DNA of 64,000 bases from an uncultured Mailhella sp. GTDB lineage: Bacteria; Desulfobacterota; Desulfovibrionia; Desulfovibrionales; Desulfovibrionaceae. Numbering within the stretch: position 1 is the stretch's first letter; every line of letters starts with the position of its first letter. A model generated the notes under the pieces. The model worked only from the letters and a program-made list of their open reading frames with translations, made no database searches and was not told where the DNA came from. The position numbers and the translations under genes are program-made. Positions 1 to 9,034 of this stretch are shown piece after piece. The DNA lies in the NCBI RefSeq assembly GCF_905187505.1, contig NZ_CAJJIC010000001.1, positions 24,264 to 88,263 on the forward strand, given 5' to 3'.

Positions 1-234
1 AATGCTACGGCCGCGCCTGAAATGTCCGAAAGTTTTTACAGCGGACGTCCTTGCAGAAAAAAGGTCCCGGAGGCACCCTCATGAGACAGCGAGGAGGCCG
101 CCTTTCTTCCCGGGGCCGTCGGCGCAGGCGGAGCTTCACGCCGCCTCGTCGACTCCCTTCCTCGGACGGGGAGACCTGCGCATTCTTCTTTACTCTCCGC
201 CGGACGACGGTCTTGTGACTTGCGGCCGGCAGCA

Positions 235-268
235 TAAAAAACGGGCAGACGTTCCCGGAATCTGCCCG
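235..268 (-). terminator. Rho-independent terminator of the Smr-domain gene
   Basis: Inverted repeat CGGGCAGA (242-249) / TCTGCCCG (261-268) with an 11-nt loop. On the minus strand the stem is followed by a T-run (plus-strand A-run 236-241). It lies just past the stop at 287. Confidence 0.6.
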
Positions 269-286
269 CCATGAACACGCTTCGCA

Positions 287-1336
287 TCAGGAGTAAAGGT
301 CGGGATCCGACGGCATGACGTCCCAGCGGATCTTTCCGTAGCTCTTCTTGCGTCTGCGTATGAGCACATAGAAGGCTCCCGCGCCGCCGTCTTCCTGCTT
401 TGCGGTGCAGAAGGCCAGCACCACGCGCTTGAAGGGGTCCTGGGTAAGCCACTGCTGCACGCGGGAACGCAGCACGGGCACGCCGTTCACCGAATTGAGT
501 CCTCTGCCGGTGACGATGAGCACGGTTCTCGACCCTTTGTAGTAGGCATTGCGGAAGAAGCCCACCAGATTCTGGAAAGCCTGCTCGCAGTTGAGCCCGT
601 GCAGATCGATATGCGCTTCGGGGCTGAACTGACGGGACTGGAGCTGGGAAACAATCATGAGATCCAGCCCGACGACATGACCTTCGGCGTACTCCGCAGT
701 GCTCGCCACCGAAAATTCCACCTTGCCTTCCATGAAGTCCTGCAGAGGATGACGAGGATCCGTCACCGGCACGAGCGGAGGTTCGGGTTCCACAGGCACG
801 TCGCGCCCCTTGCCGTTGAGCGGCACCGTTCCCTTGATGGCGCTGAAGAAATCACGGCTGTCATCGGCATCCGCGCCCTTTCCGGCGGCCTCGGCCATGA
901 GCGCCGAGTCGTCGCGCCGACCTATGCGCGCGCCGGCAAGCGCCATGGCCGTCAGCGTGGCGGGTTCCTTTTCCTCCTCCGGCTCGGGCTTGGGCGCTTC
1001 CTGCGTCTTCCTTTCCGACTTTTTCTGCAAAAGCTTCTTCACGCCCTCATGTTCCAGCGCTCTGGCAAAGCTGTCGTTGTCGCCGTCCGAAACGCTTCCG
1101 GCGCGCTTTCCTGCCGCTCTGCCCTTCGGGGATTCAGGCGAAGACAGCACACGCACGTTTCCGCCCATGGCCTGCATGAAAAGCTGCTCATCGGCGTCCA
1201 GAGCGACGGCTTCGGCGTCCCTGTTCTTCACCACCGTTTTGGCACGGCGCTGCTTTTTCTCGTTGTCTCGTTCATTGCGGGAAGGAAAGTCCCGCGCATT
1301 CAGTCTGGAAAACGGATTGGAAGCATCTTTGCTCAT
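287..1336 (-). CDS. Smr/MutS2-type small-MutS-related domain protein
   Basis: C-terminal Smr domain: IDLHGLNCEQAFQNLVGFF...TVLIVTGRGLNS...PVLRSRVQQWL. Start taken at the internal MSKDASNPF (ATG at 1336) rather than the ORF-track start at 1411. Confidence 0.8.
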   Translation of the reverse strand: MSKDASNPFSRLNARDFPSRNERDNEKKQRRAKTVVKNRDAEAVALDADEQLFMQAMGGNVRVLSSPESPKGRAAGKRAGSVSDGDNDSFARALEHEGVKKLLQKKSERKTQEAPKPEPEEEKEPATLTAMALAGARIGRRDDSALMAEAAGKGADADDSRDFFSAIKGTVPLNGKGRDVPVEPEPPLVPVTDPRHPLQDFMEGKVEFSVASTAEYAEGHVVGLDLMIVSQLQSRQFSPEAHIDLHGLNCEQAFQNLVGFFRNAYYKGSRTVLIVTGRGLNSVNGVPVLRSRVQQWLTQDPFKRVVLAFCTAKQEDGGAGAFYVLIRRRKKSYGKIRWDVMPSDPDLYS

Positions 1337-1542
1337 GGGAAACCGCCTTGAAAATAGGAATTCATGCCGCTCGGGCCTGTCATGTTCTAAATACTCCTCG
1401 GGGAAATGCAAGAGGATGAGCTTCCCGACGCCCGGAAGAAGCGCCCCCCAAAGAAGGACGGAGGCTCCTCATCCCGCCTTTTTCCGCTCCGCAGGGCAGG
1501 CCGTCCGCAGAACGCCCGCCGGGCGGAATCCATTTAAAAAAC

Positions 1543-1572
1543 TTGGCAAACGGAACGGAAGCGACTATTAAT
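1543..1572 (+). promoter_or_regulatory. Sigma70-like promoter candidate upstream of purM
   Basis: TTGGCA (1543-1548), 17-nt spacer, TATTAA(T) (1566-1572), preceded by an A-rich tract. It lies about 140 nt upstream of the purM ATG. Confidence 0.4.
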
Positions 1573-1711
1573 ACGAGGCACCTGCACAAACGATTTCCCG
1601 GGGAAATGCCGCGCGCAAAAGCCCTTCACAGGCCTGCGCTGCGGGAGGCAGGAGCAAACGCAGGACGGCCCGACCGCAAAAGGCGGACGCCTTCAAACAG
1701 GAGATACGACC

Positions 1712-2764
1712 ATGAGCTTTTCCCGTTCCGACGCATACGCCTCCGCCGGCGTCGACATCACTGCCGCCAACGAACTGGTTTCCCGCATCAGGACCATGGT
1801 GGCCAGCACGCAGACCCACGGCGTCCTTTCGGACATAGGCGGCTTCGGCGGCCTGTTCCGTCCCGACATCACGGGCATGCAGGCTCCGGTTCTCGTGGCG
1901 GGCACCGACGGCGTGGGAACCAAGCTCAAGATGGCCTCCATGTTCAACAGACATGACACCGTGGGCATCGACCTTGTGGCCATGAGCGTGAACGACTGTC
2001 TGGTTCTCGGCGCAAAGCCCCTGTTCTTTCTTGACTACTTTTCCTGCGGCGAGCTGAACGTGGAGCAGGCGACCACCGTCGTCGGCGGCATCGTCGAGGG
2101 CTGCAAAATGAGCAACTGCACGCTGCTCGGCGGGGAAACGGCGGAAATGCCCGGCATGTACGCCAACGGAGACTATGACCTGGCGGGCTTCTGCGTGGGC
2201 ATCGTGGACGGACCGAACATCGTGGACGGCTCCACCATCAGCGTGGGCGACGTCATCATAGGCCTGGCCTCTTCCGGTCTCCACTCCAACGGTTTTTCCC
2301 TCGTGCGCAAGATCTTTGAAGAGAGCGGCGCAAGGCCCGACGACATCGTACCCGGCACCGACCGCACCTTTGCCGACGTGCTGCTCACGCCCACCGTCAT
2401 CTACGCCGATCAGGTGAAGTCCATCATGCGCGACCTGCCCATCAAGGGCATGGTCCACATCACGGGCGGCGGCTTCTACGACAGCATTCCCCGCGTGCTT
2501 TCGCCCTCCGTGTGCGCAAGCATCCGCTTCTCGAGCTGGGAACGTCCCGCCATCTTCAACTGGCTGAAGGAACAGGGAAATCTCACCTGGCCGGAAATGC
2601 TCCAGGTCTTCAACTGCGGCATAGGCTACATCATGATCACCGACCGCAACACGGCCGACGACATGCTCCCCCGCTTCAAGTCCATGAATACGGACGCGTG
2701 GGAAATAGGCACCATAGTCCGGCGCAAGGACAACCAGGAACAGGTGGAGATTTCCTTTGACTGA
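1712..2764 (+). CDS. purM: Phosphoribosylformylglycinamidine cyclo-ligase (AIR synthetase)
   Basis: 350 aa with a typical PurM N-terminus (YASAGVDITAAN...), DIGGFGG, GTDGVGTKL and full PurM-length architecture. AGGAGA RBS lies before the ATG. Confidence 0.95.
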   Translation: MSFSRSDAYASAGVDITAANELVSRIRTMVASTQTHGVLSDIGGFGGLFRPDITGMQAPVLVAGTDGVGTKLKMASMFNRHDTVGIDLVAMSVNDCLVLGAKPLFFLDYFSCGELNVEQATTVVGGIVEGCKMSNCTLLGGETAEMPGMYANGDYDLAGFCVGIVDGPNIVDGSTISVGDVIIGLASSGLHSNGFSLVRKIFEESGARPDDIVPGTDRTFADVLLTPTVIYADQVKSIMRDLPIKGMVHITGGGFYDSIPRVLSPSVCASIRFSSWERPAIFNWLKEQGNLTWPEMLQVFNCGIGYIMITDRNTADDMLPRFKSMNTDAWEIGTIVRRKDNQEQVEISFD

Positions 2765-3209
2765 TTTTCCCAAACCCTGTCGCTATGTGGTGAGCGCCTG
2801 CCTTGCGGGCACCCCCTGCCGTTATGACGGACGCTCGAACCTGCGCCCGGAAATCGCCGCGCTCGTGGAGAGCGGCGAGGCCGTGCCCGTGTGCCCCGAG
2901 GTCCTCGGAGGACTGCCCACGCCCCGCACGCCGAGCGAACGGCGGGGAGAGCGCGTCGTGTCCGCCGAGGGGGACGACGTCACGGGAGAATTCTCGGCCG
3001 GGGCCGAAGCTGCGCTCTACATTGCCGAGGAATGCGGCTGTTCGGCCGCCGTTCTCAAGGCCCGCTCTCCTTCCTGCGGATGCGGGCGCATTTACGACGG
3101 CACCTTCACCCACACGCTTGTCGACGGCGACGGACTCTTCGCCGCCCTTCTGCGCAAAAAGGGCTTCCAGCTCTTTACCGAAGAAACCTTCTCTGCGGAA
3201 AAGGCATGA
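2757..3209 (+). CDS. DUF523 (TudS-like, 2-thiouracil desulfurase family) protein
   Basis: VSACLAGTPCRYDG...PVCPEVLGGLPTPR...ARSPSCGCG matches the DUF523 Cys pattern. The track start is TTG at 2757, overlapping the purM stop. GTG at 2787 is an alternative start. Confidence 0.75.
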   Translation: MTDFPKPCRYVVSACLAGTPCRYDGRSNLRPEIAALVESGEAVPVCPEVLGGLPTPRTPSERRGERVVSAEGDDVTGEFSAGAEAALYIAEECGCSAAVLKARSPSCGCGRIYDGTFTHTLVDGDGLFAALLRKKGFQLFTEETFSAEKA

Positions 3210-4150
3210 AGCGCGGCGTTCTTCTGGTAGCCTACGGCTGCGGCAACATTCGCGGGGCTGCGGCCCTGCGTGCCGTGCAGGCCGCCACGCAGGCACGCTT
3301 CCACCTGCCCGTCCGCTGGGCGTTCACGTCCGAAGCCATGCGCCTCAGACTCGCAAGCTCCCGCACGAAGTCCGACTCCGTTCTCAAGGCTCTGAAGAGA
3401 ATGCGCTATGAGCGCTACACCCATGTCGCCGTGCAGCCTCTGCATCTCATCCCCGGCATGGAGTACGACGGGGTGGCCGCCGACTGCCGCGTCATAGCGG
3501 AAGAAGGCAGCATGACCGTCAGTCTCGGCCGGCCGCTTCTCTCCAGTCTCGATCCTGAAGACCCATGCGTGGCGCAGGCCGCCGGAACGCTTCTCAGACA
3601 CATTTCTCCCCTGCGCTCTTCCAGTGAGCCCGTGGTGTGCATGGCCCACGGCAGTCGTCATGAATGCGACATTCTCTATCGGCGCTGGGGCGATGCCGTG
3701 CGCGCGCAGGATCCGCACATTCATGTGGCGTGCATGGTCGGTTCCGGCATGGTTCGCCCCGACGAAGCCACGCTGGAATCGCCCGCCTTCGACGGGCTCG
3801 ACATGCTGCTGCCGCTGCTTTCCGCCGAAGCCGCCCCCAGCGGCCGGATCTGGCTTCTGCCGCTGCTTTCCGTGGTGGGACGACACACGCTGGAAGACAT
3901 GGCGGGCGCGTCCCCCTCATCATGGAAAAGCAGACTTGAAGCCGCGGGCTTCCGCGTACAGGCCGAGCTCAGGGGCCTTGCCGACGATCCCGCCTTCGTG
4001 GATCTGTGGCTGGACCGGCTGGATGCGGCACTTACCGCTCTGAACGCCGCTGCCGGAAACGCACGAGCCTCCCGCGCCGCGTCCGCCCAGTCTGTTTCCG
4101 CATCGAAACTCTTTTTTCCCGCTTTCTTTCCCTCATTCAAGGAGACTGCC
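3206..4150 (+). CDS. cbiK: Sirohydrochlorin cobaltochelatase CbiK-like domain. There is no in-frame stop; the ORF continues into the aminotransferase and ends at 5347.
   Basis: MKRGVLLVAYGCG..., VAVQPLHLIPGMEYD, VVCMAHGSRHE and LLSVVGRHTLEDMAG align by eye with Salmonella CbiK (LLVVSFGTS, IQSLHIINGDEY, FMGHGASHH, LVAGDHAINDMA). The ATG at 3206 overlaps the DUF523 stop (ATGA). The end coordinate is only the nucleotide before the internal ATG, not a stop codon. Confidence 0.6.
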
Positions 4151-5347
4151 ATGTCCGCTTCCGTTCTCAGCTCCGCCATGGAGCAAAATCTTTCTCAGGG
4201 ATCCATGATCCGGCGGATGTTTGAAGCCGGCATCGAGCTGCGCAAGAAATACGGCGACGACGCCGTGTGCGACTTCAGCCTCGGCAATCCCGACCTCGCT
4301 CCGCCCGCCGAAGCGGCCCGCGCCATGAGCGCCCTTGCCGCCCGTCTGTCCGAACCCGGCATTCTCGGCTACATGCCCAACGGCGGATTCGGCTGGGCTC
4401 GCGAAAAGCTGGCCGCATGGCTGAGCGACCAGCAGAAGACGCCCCTCAAGGCTCGGCACGTCATGCTCGGCTGCGGCGCGGCAGGCGTGATGAACGCCTT
4501 TTTCCACACCGTGCTCGAACCCGGCGACGAAGTGCTCACCGTGGCTCCCTTCTTCGGCGAATACCGCTTCTACGTGAGCAATCACGGCGGCACGCTGCAT
4601 CCTGTTCCCTGCCGGGCCGAAGACTTCGGTCCCGACGTGGAGGCCCTTGCCGCCGCCGTCACGCCCCGCACCCGCGCGCTCATCATCAACTCCCCCAACA
4701 ACCCCTCCGGAGCTGTCTACTCCAAAGAAGACATCATGAGCCTCGCCGCCATGCTGGAAGAAGCCTCGAAGCGCATCGGCCGCATCATCTATCTCGTGGC
4801 CGACGAACCCTACCGCTTCCTTGCCTACGACGGCATCGACGTGCCCGCCGCGCTGCCGCTCTACCGGCACAGCGTGGTCATCAGCTCCTTTGCCAAGAAC
4901 TACGGCATGGCCGGCGAACGCGTGGGCTACATCGCGGTCAATCCCGACATGGAAGATGCCGACAAGCTCATGGACGGCCTCATCTTCTCCAACCGCGTGC
5001 TCGGCTTCGTGAATCCGCCCGTGGTGGGTCAGTACCTCATGGCCGAATGCCTCGGCACCTCCACCGACGAGGCCCTCGCCATCTACACCTGCCGCCGCAA
5101 CAAGCTTGCCGCCATCCTCGCGGACGCAGGCTACGAATTCACGCCGCCCAGAGGCACGTTCTACTTCTTCCCCAAGGCCCCCGGCGGTGACGACAAGGGC
5201 CTCGTGGAACGCCTCACGAAGAATCTCGTGCTTGCGGTCCCGAGCTCCGGCTTCGGCTATCCCGGTTACATCCGTCTGTCCTTCGCCGTGGAAGACGCCG
5301 TCATCGAGCGTTCCGCCGAAGGCTTCCGCAAGGCACTGAAAGGCTGA
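4151..5347 (+). CDS. Class I/II pyridoxal-phosphate-dependent aminotransferase (AspC-like)
   Basis: FSLGNPDLAPP, INSPNNPSGAVY, SSFAKNYGMAGERVGY (PLP lysine) and IRLSFA. It has its own AAGGAG (4139-4144) 6 nt before the ATG at 4151, yet is in frame with the upstream CbiK-like ORF. Confidence 0.85.
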   Translation: MSASVLSSAMEQNLSQGSMIRRMFEAGIELRKKYGDDAVCDFSLGNPDLAPPAEAARAMSALAARLSEPGILGYMPNGGFGWAREKLAAWLSDQQKTPLKARHVMLGCGAAGVMNAFFHTVLEPGDEVLTVAPFFGEYRFYVSNHGGTLHPVPCRAEDFGPDVEALAAAVTPRTRALIINSPNNPSGAVYSKEDIMSLAAMLEEASKRIGRIIYLVADEPYRFLAYDGIDVPAALPLYRHSVVISSFAKNYGMAGERVGYIAVNPDMEDADKLMDGLIFSNRVLGFVNPPVVGQYLMAECLGTSTDEALAIYTCRRNKLAAILADAGYEFTPPRGTFYFFPKAPGGDDKGLVERLTKNLVLAVPSSGFGYPGYIRLSFAVEDAVIERSAEGFRKALKG

Positions 5348-5353
5348 TCTTCC

Positions 5354-5392
5354 CTGTCCGAAGGCGCATCATGCGTCTTCGGACAGCCTTTT
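5354..5392 (+). terminator. Rho-independent terminator after the aminotransferase
   Basis: CTGTCCGAAG...CTTCGGACAG hairpin (5354-5386) with inner CGCAT/ATGCG pairing, followed by CCTTTT. Confidence 0.65.
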
Positions 5393-5868
5393 CCCCCTTC
5401 CGCCGCATCCCCGCTCTTCCCGTCCGTTTCTCCGAGCTCGCGCCGCGTACGAAGCCCCCCCCTTCCACGGCACGCCCCGACTTTCTGCCCCTCTCATGCG
5501 CCGACAGCGAAGAGGATTCCCGAACCGTCCCTCTTTCTGAAGGCGCAAGCCCGAGTCCGCCGTTCTGACGGATAAAACACGCGGGAATCCCGGCCGCACC
5601 CTCAGGGACAACGCCTGACTTTTCAGTCGTTTTCCCCCTGCCGGAACGCCACGTACCGGTGCTTTTCGCGCCGCACCCGATGCCGCGTCGTCTCCCGCGA
5701 CGCCCGATCCGTCGACGACCGGCTCAGCACCGACATGGTGCCCCGGATCGCGACAAGGCTCGCCCTCTTCCCTGCAAACTTCATTCGTCTCTCCCCGACG
5801 TCCTCGAAGTCTTCCCTCAAACTTCCGCTTCACTCTTCGTCACACCGATCGTAAAAATACGTTTTCCA

Positions 5869-5960
5869 TTGACACGGCATCGTTTTTTTGGTTAATAAAT
5901 CAATTTTTAATTTATCATTAAGTAAATTTATTCTTGACTTTTTATCCGTTTTCAACGAAA
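5869..5960 (+). promoter_or_regulatory. AT-rich promoter/operator region upstream of recN
   Basis: TTGACA at 5869-5874 and TTGACT at 5934-5939 sit in a very AT-rich block containing repeated AATTTAT / TTAATAAAT-like words. I could not identify a known LexA box. Confidence 0.3.
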
Positions 5961-6008
5961 GATGTTGCTGTCGGGGACTGCCCGGTCAACCTTTTTTCTG
6001 GTGATACG

Positions 6009-7616
6009 ATGCTGGAATATCTGCGCATACGCGGTCTTGCGCTCATCGACGACATGGAGCTGGAGTTCGGCGACGGCATGAACGTGCTCACGGGTGAAAC
6101 CGGCGCCGGCAAGAGCTTCATTCTCAAGGCCATCAACTTCGTCCTCGGCGACCGGCTCACCACCGACATGGTGCGCCCCGGGCGCGACAAGGCGCAGGTG
6201 GAAGCGCTTTTCACGCGACGAGGCGCACAGGGAGAGGAAGAAGTGGTGCTTCGTCGCGAGCTTTCCGCCTCTTCCGGGCGCAGCCACTTTTTTCTCAACG
6301 GATCCCTCACCTCGCAGGATGCCGTGCGCGCGCTTCGTCCCGCGCTGCTCTTTCACGTCAGCCAGCACGGTCAGCAGCGGCTGCTTCAGCCCTCCTATCA
6401 GGCGTCGCTCATCGACTCCTTTCTTCCCGATCCGTCGCTGATCGGCCGCAAGGACGCGCTCGTGCGGGAGCTCAAAGAAGTGGCGGAACAGCGGCGCAGG
6501 CTTCTGGAGCGCATGGAAATGCTGAGCGAGAAGCGCGAGCTTCTGGAAATGCAGCAGAAGGAAATCGAACGCGTCGCCCCTGAGGAAGGCGAAGAAGAAC
6601 GCCTGGAAAAGGCCCGCGCGGAACTCAAGAACGTGGAGCACCTGCGTTCACAGTACGAGCAGGGGCTCGAGCTCATGCTCGGCGGCGAAGGAGGAGGCCT
6701 CTCCACGCTGCTCGGCGAGCTGGAACGCCTGCTCCATGCCCTCTCACAGGAAGACGAAAGCTTTTCTCCCTCGCTGGAATCTCTGATGAACTTCGAGGAG
6801 GAGGCCAGGGAGCTCACGCGGCGATTCCGCAGCACCCCCGCATCCGACGGCGAGTACGACCCGGACGAGCTTGAGGCAAGACTCTACGAGCTTTCCCAGC
6901 TCAAGCGCCGGATGCGCCGCAGCATACCCGAAATTCTGCGCCTGCGCGACGAAATCACCGAGAATCTTTCCTTTCTCGACGCCTGCGGACTGGATCTGCA
7001 CCGACTGGAAAAACAGGAACGCGAACTGGCCAAAAAACTTCATGCGACGCTTGAAGAATGCAACGCCCTGCGCAAGGACGCCGCTTCGCGCTTCTGCGCC
7101 GCGCTGGAAAAGGAACTGGCCGGACTCGGCTTTTCCGAGCGCGTTCACGTGGAGCCGGAACGCACGCCTCACGAACTGTGGCCGCAGGTGGAAGACAAGG
7201 TAAAGGTCATCTGCCCCGCCTGCATGGAAGACCGCTACCGTCTGCTCTGGGCACCGAATCCCGGACAGCGCCCCCAGCCTCTGGACAAGATTGCCTCGGG
7301 CGGCGAACTCTCCCGCTTCCTTCTCGCCGTGGTGGGCATACAGTCCACGAACGAAGACGCCACGCTCATTTTCGACGAAGTGGATGCCGGCGTGGGCGGC
7401 ATCACGCTGAACCGCGTTTCCGACCGTCTGAACGATCTTGCCTCGCGCCGTCAGCTTCTCATCATCACGCACTGGCCGCAGCTCGCGGCGCGGGCGGCCC
7501 AGCATTTTCAGGTATCCAAGGAAGTGCGCGGCGACGAAACGTTCACGCTCTGCCGCCCGCTGGATGCGAAAGCAAGAGAAACGGAACTTCGGAGAATGGC
7601 GGGCGAGGAAGGCTAA
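6009..7616 (+). CDS. recN: DNA repair protein RecN
   Basis: MLEYLRIRGLALIDDMELEFGDGMNVLTGETGAGKSFIL (Walker A), long coiled-coil middle, C-terminal ASGGELSRFLLA...LIFDEVDAGVGG. Start chosen at the ATG at 6009, not the track TTG at 5934. Confidence 0.93.
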   Translation: MLEYLRIRGLALIDDMELEFGDGMNVLTGETGAGKSFILKAINFVLGDRLTTDMVRPGRDKAQVEALFTRRGAQGEEEVVLRRELSASSGRSHFFLNGSLTSQDAVRALRPALLFHVSQHGQQRLLQPSYQASLIDSFLPDPSLIGRKDALVRELKEVAEQRRRLLERMEMLSEKRELLEMQQKEIERVAPEEGEEERLEKARAELKNVEHLRSQYEQGLELMLGGEGGGLSTLLGELERLLHALSQEDESFSPSLESLMNFEEEARELTRRFRSTPASDGEYDPDELEARLYELSQLKRRMRRSIPEILRLRDEITENLSFLDACGLDLHRLEKQERELAKKLHATLEECNALRKDAASRFCAALEKELAGLGFSERVHVEPERTPHELWPQVEDKVKVICPACMEDRYRLLWAPNPGQRPQPLDKIASGGELSRFLLAVVGIQSTNEDATLIFDEVDAGVGGITLNRVSDRLNDLASRRQLLIITHWPQLAARAAQHFQVSKEVRGDETFTLCRPLDAKARETELRRMAGEEG

Positions 7617-7838
7617 CGACAAAACTTTCCGGCACGGCCCGGCTCTGCGCAGGCTGCAGGCAGTCGCGGCCGTGCTGCGAGCGGGCGGGCAAACGGCGAA
7701 AAAGACGCCGGCCCTTCGTTGACAGGTGACTCACTGCCGCGAACGACAGACGCACGAACCAGGCGGCACACAGGTCTCGGCCGTGTCGCCCTGCCGCCGG
7801 AATGGAAGGCACGCTTCGCGTCCCCTGCTGACATCACC

Positions 7839-8315
7839 TCAGTCGTGATGATACGGCATGTTGCGGATCAGCGTTTCCGCCCGGTAAAGCTGCTCAAGGA
7901 GCACCACGCGGGCCAGCTCGTGCGGCAGGGTCTGCGGGCCCAGCGCCATGAGATGTCTCGCCTTCTCCCGCACGCTGTCGTGCAGGCCGAAAGGCCCTCC
8001 CACGATGAAGCACGGACGACGCGTCGCATCCGAGGACAGTCCTTCCAGAAACCGTGAGAAGTCCCGGGACGTCATGGAACGCCCCTTTTCATCGAGGCAT
8101 ATCACGATGTCCTGAGGGGCAAGGGCGGCGAGTATGCGCTTTCCTTCCTCCTCCACGCGCCTCGCGATCGGAAGCGCGGGATCGGAATCGCGGATGACGG
8201 TGTCCGTCACCTTCCTGAAGCGGGCAAGCCTTTCCAGATAATGGGCCGCCGCATCCTTCCAGAAAGGCGCATGCGGTCTGCCGACGGTCATGATTCGCAG
8301 GGGTTTCAAGCTCAT
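7839..8315 (-). CDS. rlmH: 23S rRNA (pseudouridine1915-N3)-methyltransferase RlmH
   Basis: SPOUT-type RlmH: LRIMTVGRPHAPF..., DEKGRSMTSRDFS, FIVGGPFGL, HELARVVLLEQLYRA. Start at the internal MSLKPLRI (8315). Confidence 0.9.
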   Translation of the reverse strand: MSLKPLRIMTVGRPHAPFWKDAAAHYLERLARFRKVTDTVIRDSDPALPIARRVEEEGKRILAALAPQDIVICLDEKGRSMTSRDFSRFLEGLSSDATRRPCFIVGGPFGLHDSVREKARHLMALGPQTLPHELARVVLLEQLYRAETLIRNMPYHHD

Positions 8316-8511
8316 GAGGCTCTTATAAGCGGAGCCTGCGCCGGAAGCAAGTCCAAGCTCCGCCCATGCCTCCCGTCTTCCGAAAGGGACAAGAAATTCT
8401 GCATCTGTCCGGTGCCGCTTTCGGGAACGGCGGTCGCCCGGAAGAACCATGAACTCGTCATGAGCCTTTCATCGCAGCATGATGAAAAAGGCAAAAACGG
8501 CGAAATGAGTC

Positions 8512-8542
8512 TTGACAGTTTCACAGCATCTTGAATAAGAAT
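8512..8542 (+). promoter_or_regulatory. Sigma70-like promoter candidate far upstream of yedF
   Basis: TTGACA (8512-8517), 18-nt spacer, TAAGAAT (8536-8542). It would give a leader of about 0.5 kb before the ATG at 9035. Confidence 0.3.
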
Positions 8543-9034
8543 CATGAAGTTGATGACAACATCCTGAATTTTTTTTCATCCGTGTCGCGCATCAGGCGCG
8601 CACGTTGGCCAAGCATACGTTGCCCGTTCAGCCATGATGACGTCCATGTACAAGATTCCCTTCACCTGACTCTCCCGCTTCTGTGACGGGAAGAGTTTCT
8701 TTCTTGGACATCAACGGTTCCGGCAGCGCTGATTGATTTAATTCCGATCTCGCCGCTTCGACGCTCTTTCCGGTCACCTGCCCGGAAGGAGCGTTTTTGT
8801 TGCGGACTCGCGACGACGCCTCTGTCCTTTCTTCCCGAAGCGACGGCTTCCCGGCACCAGACATGAAGAACCGATCGCCCGGCGTGCCCCCCCCCGGCCC
8901 GTCATCCCCGTTCTGCCGCAATGCGCCTGTCCGCAACGCCGTCTTCCCTTGCTCCGCATCCGCAAATCGTGCGGAGCATGTCCCAGAGATTCCGCATTCA
9001 TCATTCTTCACCTGCAACCCTTTTTGGAGGTCCC

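Noticed and set aside
1-286. Partial gene at the left edge (track ORFs 2-274(+), 5-235(-) and 36-452(-)).
   Set aside because: All translations are low-complexity. The region contains the Smr-gene terminator and is most simply intergenic.
1412-1711. Possible purine or ZTP-type riboswitch in the purM leader.
   Set aside because: I could not find the conserved ZTP (pfl-motif) or purine-riboswitch core sequences by eye. Only a promoter-like element is supported.
1568-2773. 401-aa minus-strand ORF antisense to purM. The same phenomenon occurs at 12465-14297(-), 14297-15670(-), 19122-20915(+), 21771-23543(+), 28462-30966(+), 34429-35961(-), 36712-38691(-), 40606-42075(-), 47334-49907(+), 53630-54952(-) and 55210-56754(-).
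   Set aside because: These are shadow ORFs typical of high-GC DNA. The translations are Arg/Gly/Ala/His-rich and low-complexity with no motifs, and each fully overlaps an opposite-strand gene with a clear family assignment.
2891-3205. N-terminal 105 codons of the 818-aa track ORF upstream of the CbiK-like start.
   Set aside because: This stretch overlaps the DUF523 gene in another frame and is Arg/Gly-rich junk. CbiK homology begins at the ATG at 3206, which overlaps the DUF523 stop.
5369-5833. 154-aa minus-strand ORF in the pyrimidine-rich spacer.
   Set aside because: Extremely Arg/Gly-rich with no RBS or motif. It is a consequence of the purine-rich complementary strand, so I reported the region as a non-coding tract instead.
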